From positions 450,001-482,000 of the forward strand of contig NZ_CP011034.1 of the NCBI RefSeq assembly GCF_001465295.1: a stretch of DNA of 32,000 bases. Direction: 5' to 3'. The notes under the pieces are model-generated. The model was given only the letters and a program-made list of their open reading frames with translations, was not told the origin of the DNA and did no database searches. Positions within the stretch are counted from its first letter, which is position 1, and each line of letters starts with the position of its first letter. Below are positions 25,152 through 32,000 of the stretch, in pieces. Made by a program: the position numbers and the translations under genes. The stretch comes from Pseudoalteromonas translucida KMM 520 (GTDB lineage: Bacteria; Pseudomonadota; Gammaproteobacteria; Enterobacterales; Alteromonadaceae).

Positions 25152-26994
25152 ACGTAAAATAAAAATTATCCCAAAAATTCAACTCGGATGTCATAACGTT
25201 ATTGCGGATAAAAGTACTGAAGGTGCCATAATCTTACGTAATGAAGAAGATCTAAATCTTGATAATCATACAATGCTTGATTGCTTGGATTTCTGGTCTG
25301 AGAGAGCTCCCAATACAGTATGTATGCGAGAGCGAACTTCTGATGGTTGGTCAGAGATATCATATAAGGAGTTTTTATCACGAGTAAAGGGAGTTGCAGC
25401 TAATTTAGGAACGCTTGATATCTCTGCAGATAAGCCACTTATGATCATAGCACCTAATTCGGTTAATCATGCCTTAGTAGCCTTTGCTGCAATGACAATC
25501 GGTGTGCCAGTAACTCCTGTCTCAATTGCGTATGCCCAGCATGGGGATACCTTCGAACGGCTCGACAATATTATAAATATAGTCAAACCAGGTGCTATTT
25601 ATTTTAGTGATACTAGGTTCTTTAAAAAAGCAGTAGATGTCCTTCGTCAAAAACACGATATTCAATATATTGCGTCGTACTCAAATATAGATGATATACC
25701 AGCAGTACGTGACTTACCAAAAATTAGTGATGAAGAAGTTGCAGTTAAAAGAAGTGAAGTTACACAAGATACAATCTGCAAAGTAATGATGACTTCAGGA
25801 TCTACAGGGCTTCCAAAAGGGGTTATTAATACTCATCGTATGATGTATAGCAATCAAGTGGCACTTTATAAAATGTGGCCATTCTTACAAGATATGACCC
25901 CTAATTTAGTTGACTGGTTACCTTGGAGCCATACGTTCGGTGGAAATGTCTGTATCAATATCACATTATTTAATGGCGGCACACTGACTATTGATGATGG
26001 TAAGCCTATCCCTGGACAAATTGGCCGCACGATCGAAAATATTTGTTTAATAGAGCCAAACATTCATTTCAATGTACCAGTTGGTATTGAAGCGCTACTC
26101 GCTCAGTTTGAAGATGATCATAGAGTTGCACGGAAATTCTTTACTTCAGTTAAGGTTATTTTTGTTGCAGCAGCGGCGTTGCCTGAGAAAACAAGAAATC
26201 GATTGACTTCTTTATCTATGGATCTTGTCGGAAAGAGTCCTAAGTTACTGGCCGGTTGGGGCTCTACAGAAACAGCCCCATTTTCTACGTGTTTGAATTT
26301 TGAATCAGATCTGTCAGTAAATATCGGTGTTCCAATGCCTGGAACTGAAATAAAACTTACGAACTCACAAGATAAACAGGCATTAGCTGTACGAGGACCA
26401 AATGTAACCCCAGGATATTGGCGTGATGAAAAAGCCACTGCAGCCGCTTTTGATAAAGATGGCTTTTATTCTATGGGGGATGCCGGGCGATTAGTTAATG
26501 AAGATGAACCATCAGAAGGGTTAGTATTTGATGGACGCACTTCAGAAAACTTTAAGCTTGGCTCAGGTACATGGGTTAATGTTAATCAAGTTAGACTTGC
26601 AATCGTAACTACACTTAAGCCTTACTTTTTAGATGCTGTAATCACTGGACATAATCAGGCAGATATTGGCTTGTTACTTGTTCCAAATATGACTTACCTA
26701 AAAAAGAAATATAATTTAACAGAAGAGCAGCAAATCTCATCGTACTTGCAAACTATAAATGAGCTTATTGAATCTGTTGTAAAACTATTAAAAGAATACA
26801 ACGAAACTCATTACAGCAATAGTACTAGAGTTTGTCGGTTTGCTTTTTTACCCCAACCTCCATCCATTGAGAAAAATGAAATTACAGATAAAGGTTACCT
26901 TAATCAAAGAGCGCTATTAGGTAATTGGTCTGACTTAGTTGATAAAATGCACAATAAAGAAAAAGCATCATCTATCAACTTCTACTCATTTTAA
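25144..26994 (+). CDS. AMP-dependent synthetase/ligase (acyl- or aryl-CoA ligase, long 616-aa type)
   Basis: AMP-binding signature MMTSGSTGLPKGV, plus GWGSTE and the later GD..GR block. The start overlaps the NMO gene stop by 8 nt. Confidence 0.8.
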   Translation: MIERKIKIIPKIQLGCHNVIADKSTEGAIILRNEEDLNLDNHTMLDCLDFWSERAPNTVCMRERTSDGWSEISYKEFLSRVKGVAANLGTLDISADKPLMIIAPNSVNHALVAFAAMTIGVPVTPVSIAYAQHGDTFERLDNIINIVKPGAIYFSDTRFFKKAVDVLRQKHDIQYIASYSNIDDIPAVRDLPKISDEEVAVKRSEVTQDTICKVMMTSGSTGLPKGVINTHRMMYSNQVALYKMWPFLQDMTPNLVDWLPWSHTFGGNVCINITLFNGGTLTIDDGKPIPGQIGRTIENICLIEPNIHFNVPVGIEALLAQFEDDHRVARKFFTSVKVIFVAAAALPEKTRNRLTSLSMDLVGKSPKLLAGWGSTETAPFSTCLNFESDLSVNIGVPMPGTEIKLTNSQDKQALAVRGPNVTPGYWRDEKATAAAFDKDGFYSMGDAGRLVNEDEPSEGLVFDGRTSENFKLGSGTWVNVNQVRLAIVTTLKPYFLDAVITGHNQADIGLLLVPNMTYLKKKYNLTEEQQISSYLQTINELIESVVKLLKEYNETHYSNSTRVCRFAFLPQPPSIEKNEITDKGYLNQRALLGNWSDLVDKMHNKEKASSINFYSF

Positions 26995-27024
26995 GAAACT
27001 AATAAAGAATACAGAGGATTAATT

Positions 27025-28329
27025 ATGTCGATGAATATAAAGTCACTTATCGACCATGAAAATGGGTTAATTGATAGACGCATTTTTTGGGATAACGCTA
27101 TATACCAACAAGAACTAAAGCAAATATTTGCTCGTTGCTGGCATTTTGTAGCACATGAGTCACAAGTTAAATCATTTGGTGATTTTATCACCACTTATAT
27201 TGGTGAAGATGCTGTTATCGTAGCTAGAGCTAAAGATAAGAGTATCAATGTAATGCTTAACTCTTGCCCACATAGAGGGAATAAGGTTTGTTTTGCAGGG
27301 GAAGGGAAAATCCGTTCATTTGTATGTAACTACCATGGTTGGGCGTTTGGGTTAGACGGTAAACTAAATGGAATGCCTGAAAACCAATTATACGATAATA
27401 CAGAAGGCTTTGATAAATCTGATTGGGGGCTGCATAAAGCGCGAGTAGAAACTTATAAAGGTTTAGTTTTTGCTACATTTGATGAGGAAGCCCCTTCTCT
27501 TGGTGATTATCTTGGTGATTTTAGATGGTACATGGACGCAATTCTTGATATCGATGATAAAGGAACTGAGTTCATTCCAGGTACAACTCGATCATTATTA
27601 AAATGTAATTGGAAGTATCCGGCTGATAACTTTGTTGGTGATATCTATCATGCATTATGGACTCACCTTGGTGCTGCAGAATCGACACTGAAAAGCTCTG
27701 GTGGAATACATGTATCGAATGAAGATTCATATCAAAGTAGCGTTAATGGGCATGGTTGGGAGTTTTCGTTAGCAAACAACTTCGGAAATGCTGCGACAAT
27801 GGGTGATAAGGAAATCGTGAAGTACTTACGTTCTCGTGAAGAAAAGATAAGTCAACGCCTCGGAAGTGTTCGTGCAAAAATGATCGGCTCTGTTGCATCA
27901 GGCGCTATTTTTCCAAATTTTGCATTCCTGCCCGGGTATTTAACGTTTAGAACCTTTTTACCAAAGGGGCCAATGGAGACTGAATTACATAGTTGGACAT
28001 TAGTACCAAGTGAAGCATCTGATGAAATTAAAGATCGCTGGCGTCTAGGAGCTATGCGTACGTTTTCTCCCAGCGGTATTTTAGAGATGGATGATGGTGA
28101 GAACTGGGAGCATGCAACAATCGGTAATTCAGGTTATGTAACTCGTAATCAAAAGCTTTGCTATCAAATGAACCCAACTAAAGGCGAAAGTATACCAATC
28201 GATTTACCTGGGATAGTAACTAAGGGTCAACTTAATGATGCTAACCAACGACTATTCTTCAAAAGGTATGCTGAATTTATGGATGCTAAAAGTTGGGCAG
28301 ATATCCCATTAGCAAAACCGCAATTTTAG
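27025..28329 (+). CDS. Rieske ring-hydroxylating oxygenase, large (alpha) subunit
   Basis: CPHRG-x..-CNYHGW (CxH-x17-CxxH) Rieske motif, and the mononuclear iron motif NFVGDIYHALWTH (H-x4-H). Confidence 0.9.
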   Translation: MSMNIKSLIDHENGLIDRRIFWDNAIYQQELKQIFARCWHFVAHESQVKSFGDFITTYIGEDAVIVARAKDKSINVMLNSCPHRGNKVCFAGEGKIRSFVCNYHGWAFGLDGKLNGMPENQLYDNTEGFDKSDWGLHKARVETYKGLVFATFDEEAPSLGDYLGDFRWYMDAILDIDDKGTEFIPGTTRSLLKCNWKYPADNFVGDIYHALWTHLGAAESTLKSSGGIHVSNEDSYQSSVNGHGWEFSLANNFGNAATMGDKEIVKYLRSREEKISQRLGSVRAKMIGSVASGAIFPNFAFLPGYLTFRTFLPKGPMETELHSWTLVPSEASDEIKDRWRLGAMRTFSPSGILEMDDGENWEHATIGNSGYVTRNQKLCYQMNPTKGESIPIDLPGIVTKGQLNDANQRLFFKRYAEFMDAKSWADIPLAKPQF

Positions 28330-28342
28330 TAAGGGTATAAAA

Positions 28343-28891
28343 ATGACTAAAGATCAATTGCTAGCGCTTGACGCTAAGGGTAAACATGTTGATATCGAAA
28401 CTTTTTTTTCAATCCAACAGTATATCAACAAAGAAGCTTACCTGTTAAATAATGAAAAGCTTGATGAGTGGTATAACAGCCTTGAAGAGGATCTAATTTA
28501 TTGGGCTCCCTTGCGTGAAAACATCTTGCGAAGAAACCGCACACCCGAAATAACGACTTTTAGGGTTCCACTTTTCGAAGAAAGTAAAGACTCAATAGCT
28601 ATGCGATTGAGACGTAATGATAGTGGAATGTGCTGGACAGAAGATCCACCAACGCGCCAAGTAACGGCTATATCTAACCTGGAAGTATTCCATACAGATA
28701 AAGTCGATGAGTTTGAAGTTCATACTGTTTTTACTCTATATAGAAGTCGATTTGAGCGTGATGATTCTACGTTAATGGGTCGTCGGAAAGATATTTGGCG
28801 TAAAGTGGGTAACGATTACCGGTTATCGGGTCGACTTATTCTGCTACAGCAATCTACGTTATTGACTAAAAATTTAAACGTATTTATGTAA
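28343..28891 (+). CDS. ring-hydroxylating oxygenase small (beta) subunit
   Basis: 182 aa, immediately downstream of the alpha subunit. SnoaL/NTF2-like beta-subunit pattern (EAYLLNNEKLDEWY..., WAP). Confidence 0.8.
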   Translation: MTKDQLLALDAKGKHVDIETFFSIQQYINKEAYLLNNEKLDEWYNSLEEDLIYWAPLRENILRRNRTPEITTFRVPLFEESKDSIAMRLRRNDSGMCWTEDPPTRQVTAISNLEVFHTDKVDEFEVHTVFTLYRSRFERDDSTLMGRRKDIWRKVGNDYRLSGRLILLQQSTLLTKNLNVFM

Positions 28892-28912
28892 TTTAAAGGT
28901 GGTATTAGGCAT

Positions 28913-29686
28913 ATGTTACTTAATAGGCGCGTGGTTGTAACAGGAGCAGGTAGTGGTATTGGAAAAGCTATTGTTAAACGTTTTTTAAAGGAAGGTGCTT
29001 GTGTCCTTGCTGTAGTACGTAAACCAGAGCAAGTAGAAGAGTTTGCTTCGCATAAAGACTTCTCATTCGTAGTAGGTGATGTGAATGATTATTCAACAAA
29101 TGAATTAGCCGTTACTTCCGCTATAAAAAAGTGGGGAGGTCTAGATGTGATGATTGCAAATGCTGGCGTTTGGGATTTTTTTAAAAAATTACAAAAAATG
29201 TCAGTAACAGAGCTTGAAGATGGTTTTTCGCAAATAATGTCTACAAATGTAAAGGCTGTACTAATGGCAGCACATGCGAGCTATTCAGAATTAAATAAAA
29301 CCAATGGGTGCTTAATCACAACTGGTTCTAATGCATGTTTCCGTCCCGGCGGCGGCGGGCCGTTATACACAGCCTCCAAATATGCATTAAGAGGTATTGT
29401 TGGTCAATTAGCTTTAGACTTTGCACCTAATGTGCGAGTTTGTGGGGTTGCGCCAGGCGCAACGGATACTCCGATCAGTGGAACTGATGCATTAAATCAG
29501 CGACAAAAATCAATGAATTCTGATAGGTCACGTTTAGATTCAATGGGGCAGCACATCCCATTAGGACGCGTATCTTCTCCTGAGGAGCATACAGATTTAT
29601 ATGTGATGCTAGCAAGTGCTAATGGCGCAAGGTACATAACAGGAACAGTTTTAGTAAGTGATGGTGGCTTGACTGCAGGGCAATAA
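28913..29686 (+). CDS. cis-dihydrodiol dehydrogenase (SDR; BphB/HcaB-like)
   Basis: VTGAGSGIGKA cofactor loop; NAGVWD; GGGPLYTASKYAL (YxxxK); APNVRVCGVAPG. Collinear with BphB as I remember it. Confidence 0.85.
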   Translation: MLLNRRVVVTGAGSGIGKAIVKRFLKEGACVLAVVRKPEQVEEFASHKDFSFVVGDVNDYSTNELAVTSAIKKWGGLDVMIANAGVWDFFKKLQKMSVTELEDGFSQIMSTNVKAVLMAAHASYSELNKTNGCLITTGSNACFRPGGGGPLYTASKYALRGIVGQLALDFAPNVRVCGVAPGATDTPISGTDALNQRQKSMNSDRSRLDSMGQHIPLGRVSSPEEHTDLYVMLASANGARYITGTVLVSDGGLTAGQ

Positions 29687-29708
29687 TTTTTCATTTATCT
29701 AATCAAAA

Positions 29709-29752
29709 CTCCCTTCTTTTCCTGCAAATGTTCAGGAAAGGAAGGATGTCAA
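29709..29752 (+). mobile_element. relic resembling the right end of the tnpB element (solo RE-like hairpin ending in GGATGTCAA)
   Basis: Collinear matches to 8691..8741: tttcctg, tgttcagg (8/8) and aggatgtcaa (10/10). It forms an imperfect 14-bp hairpin ctcccttcttttcctg / caggaaaggaagga. It lies in the 87-nt gap between the SDR and thioesterase genes. Confidence 0.6.
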
Positions 29753-29773
29753 TTATTCATAAAGGTTTCAATC

Positions 29774-30187
29774 ATGACAGAAGTTATAATCAGAGGGTAC
29801 CATCTAGATGGTTATCAGCATGTAAATAATGCACGTTATTTAGAGTTTTTAGAGGAAGATCGTTGGGCTTGTATGAGTGAAGAGCTAGAATACTTTTCAC
29901 AGCAGGGGGTTACATGGGTTATTGCTAATATCAATATTAATTACCGTCTACCTGCAACTTTAGGACAAAGTCTTCTAATTAAGACTGCAGTTAGCAAAAT
30001 TGGTAATAAGAGTGGGGTTGTTACCCAAGTCATCCAATGTAAAAAAACGAATGACATAGTTGCAGATGCAGAAATTACATTTGTTCTATTTGATGTAAAA
30101 ACCAACAAAACTACTCCTCTCATTAATAACTTTCTAGAAAAATTATTAATTTGTCAGAAAAGATTAAGTGATTCTGTTATTTTATAA
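29774..30187 (+). CDS. YbgC/4HBT-type acyl-CoA thioesterase
   Basis: RGYHLDGYQHVNNARYLEFLEE, the signature of the 4HBT/YbgC hotdog family. 137 aa. Confidence 0.8.
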   Translation: MTEVIIRGYHLDGYQHVNNARYLEFLEEDRWACMSEELEYFSQQGVTWVIANININYRLPATLGQSLLIKTAVSKIGNKSGVVTQVIQCKKTNDIVADAEITFVLFDVKTNKTTPLINNFLEKLLICQKRLSDSVIL

Positions 30188-30562
30188 CTCAATGGTTTGA
30201 GAGGTTGGGACTCGGAAAAATCAAATCATTATACTACAGAGTTTTGCAAGGTAAACGTCCGGCAAAGTGCATCTAAACAATAAATGGAGATCAAGTTAAG
30301 TTACTTTAAACAATGATTTGGAGTAACAGATGAAAATAACTAGAAGTCAGGAGTAATGGCGAATGATCCTTAACGAACAACAAACCAGCGGCTTAACCAT
30401 TATCGATTATGCCGAGGAGGGCGTTCAAAATTCGTGTCAGGCTAAAAATGAAATATCTAACACGTCAACTATTCGACCATTCGAAATGGGTCGATAATTG
30501 CGACAATGCCAGGCTCCAATTAAGGATGGGCATTATCCATTTTTATTATTTTTAAACACAAT

Positions 30563-31930
30563 TTAAGCTCGACCACGCAGTGCAGAAATACAGCTTGCGA
30601 GAATTACAAATCCTAAAGACATTTTAAACGCCAATGAAATAGTACTCATTAATGCGGGGCTATTTTGCGCTGAAAAAGTACTGTCTCCAAGGTAATACTG
30701 CACAATTAAGTTGATTAAGCTCATACCAAATAAATTACCAATCGTGCGTGACAAATTCATTGAAGAAGACGCGACCCCTAACTCACTTTTATCTACGGCG
30801 CCCATAATGGCATTGTTATTTGGGGTCGAAAACAAGCCAAAGCCAATGCCTAGCAATAACAGTGAGCCGCTAATATAAGTCGTGCTTGAGTTCACCGTTA
30901 GTAGAGAAAGTAGAAAAAAGCCAACCATAACAATGATACAGCCTAATGTGGCAAGTAAGCGCGGCTGTATTTTATCAGCAAATTTACCTGCCAGTGGCGC
31001 CATAATAGCCATTGATACGGCTTGGAGTAATACGATTTGCCCAGCATGTGCGGGGCTTAATCCTTTAATATATTGCAAATACAAACTTAATAAAAAGGCC
31101 AGTGAAAAGTTACTGGCATACATTAAAAAGGAAGTGGATAACGAGAGGCTAAATACACGACTTTCTAAAAACATTTGTACTCTAATGAGTGGTCGTCTAC
31201 TGCGACTTTGATGAACAATAAATAACATCAAAAAGATGATTGAAAGTAATGTTAAAAGCCAGCCAAGAATACTTGGTAAATTACTTAACCCTAACACTAA
31301 GCACAGTGAAAAAAGCGAGAAAATAACGGTGCCCCACCAGTCAAATGGCGATTTTTTATCGTTTTTCCACTCACCATGTAAACACAGTTTAATGGTAATG
31401 AGCAGCATAAGTACCAGCGGGATCTGCGAGTAAAACACGGCGCGCCATCCCCACATTTCAGTGAGCCAACCACCCATTGCCGGGGCTGCGCTGAGCCCTA
31501 TATACACACATGCCGCAGAGGTACCCAGTGCCATCCCTCGTTTATTATCAGGTGTGACAGAGGTAATGATCGCAACGCCTATACCAAAAATCATGGCGCC
31601 TGCGGCCCCTTGTATAAAGCGCCAAAAAAGCACCCACTCAATCGATGTTGCCAGCGCGCACATCAGCGAGGCCAGTGCATTTAAGGCTAAGCCAGAAGCA
31701 TATACGCGTTTGCGGCCATAGTTGTCTGCTATTTTTCCGCACGGTAGCATAAACATGACGCTACTGAGTAAATACAAAGTGGGCATCCACGCGATCATTT
31801 TCGCGCTCGCATTTAAGTCTTCAGCGAGGTTTGGGATCGCTATGTTAACGCCCGCCATGCCAAGCGGCCCAATAATAGATCCGCTGCAAACGATAATAAG
31901 GGCAATAGTAGTCGGGGGAAGTTTAAACAA
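30563..31930 (-). CDS. MFS transporter (drug:H+ antiporter-like)
   Basis: Polytopic 455-aa protein with MFS motif A, GKIADNYGRKRVY. TTG start with an AAGGAT SD 6 nt upstream. Confidence 0.8.
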   Translation of the reverse strand: MFKLPPTTIALIIVCSGSIIGPLGMAGVNIAIPNLAEDLNASAKMIAWMPTLYLLSSVMFMLPCGKIADNYGRKRVYASGLALNALASLMCALATSIEWVLFWRFIQGAAGAMIFGIGVAIITSVTPDNKRGMALGTSAACVYIGLSAAPAMGGWLTEMWGWRAVFYSQIPLVLMLLITIKLCLHGEWKNDKKSPFDWWGTVIFSLFSLCLVLGLSNLPSILGWLLTLLSIIFLMLFIVHQSRSRRPLIRVQMFLESRVFSLSLSTSFLMYASNFSLAFLLSLYLQYIKGLSPAHAGQIVLLQAVSMAIMAPLAGKFADKIQPRLLATLGCIIVMVGFFLLSLLTVNSSTTYISGSLLLLGIGFGLFSTPNNNAIMGAVDKSELGVASSSMNLSRTIGNLFGMSLINLIVQYYLGDSTFSAQNSPALMSTISLAFKMSLGFVILASCISALRGRA

Positions 31931-32000
31931 GAAGAATCCTTTTATTTACTGGCCTTAAAATGATACGTGAAGATATTTACTTGTACAGGCTTTGATGTTG

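Noticed and set aside
18064-30187. Steroid (KshA/HsaC/HsaD-type) degradation interpretation of the operon.
   Set aside because: The oxygenase is a two-subunit alpha/beta enzyme followed by a BphB/HcaB-like cis-dihydrodiol dehydrogenase. That pairing is diagnostic of arene cis-dihydroxylation rather than KshAB-type 9-alpha-hydroxylation. No Kst/Hsa monooxygenase genes are present.
30188-30562. Possible gene remnant or terminator in the 375-bp convergent gap before the MFS gene (short frames such as atggcgaatgatccttaa; weak hairpins at 30474..30494 and ~30522..30540).
   Set aside because: There are only very short frames, and the stems are weak (4-7 bp, bulged). This is not enough evidence to call a pseudogene or a terminator.

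Overview
The window is visibly AT-rich and looks gammaproteobacterial (marine Pseudoalteromonas, Colwellia or Shewanella-like by eye; not verifiable here). It has two very different parts.

(A) 1 to ~10.8 kb is an accessory, mobile-looking region. It contains:
- a tightly coupled three-gene minus-strand operon: a 160-aa protein, a 521-aa protein with a tyrosine-recombinase-like C-terminal domain, and a third ORF running off the left edge;
- an ~860-bp ORF-free spacer rich in T-tracts;
- a HipA-family kinase translationally coupled to a downstream XRE-HTH protein, the reverse of the classical hipBA order;
- a divergently transcribed Fic protein with an intramolecular inhibitory motif;
- a solo, apparently intact IS200/IS605-type tnpB element;
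- a perfect 20-bp x4.35 tandem repeat, with degenerate relatives scattered over the region;
- an orphan lipoprotein gene bracketed by ~100-nt direct repeats;
- a ~900-bp non-coding junction with a 120-bp tandem duplication and clustered TGAGACA/TGTCTCA sites.

(B) 10.9 to 32 kb is a catabolic locus for an aromatic, probably carboxylated, compound. It contains:
- a PaaI-type thioesterase, a TRAP transporter (P, Q, M), two TetR regulators and a DcaP-like porin;
- a 14-gene co-directional operon: meta-cleavage-product hydrolase, Rieske ferredoxin, ferredoxin reductase, type-I extradiol dioxygenase, 2-keto-4-pentenoate hydratase, acylating acetaldehyde dehydrogenase, 4-hydroxy-2-oxovalerate aldolase, NMO-family flavoenzyme, a 616-aa AMP-dependent CoA ligase, Rieske oxygenase alpha and beta, cis-dihydrodiol dehydrogenase and a YbgC-type thioesterase;
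- a convergent MFS transporter.

My best candidates for something undescribed are in part A. The first is the recombinase-like trio as the mobility module of a cargo island. The second is its cargo pair: the reversed HipA-kinase/HTH unit back-to-back with Fic, sharing a control region that holds three copies of an 10-11-bp motif. The third is the island-specific repeat family. A relic of the tnpB element's right end also sits inside the aromatic operon.

All functional calls come from motifs read in the supplied translations. No database search was possible.
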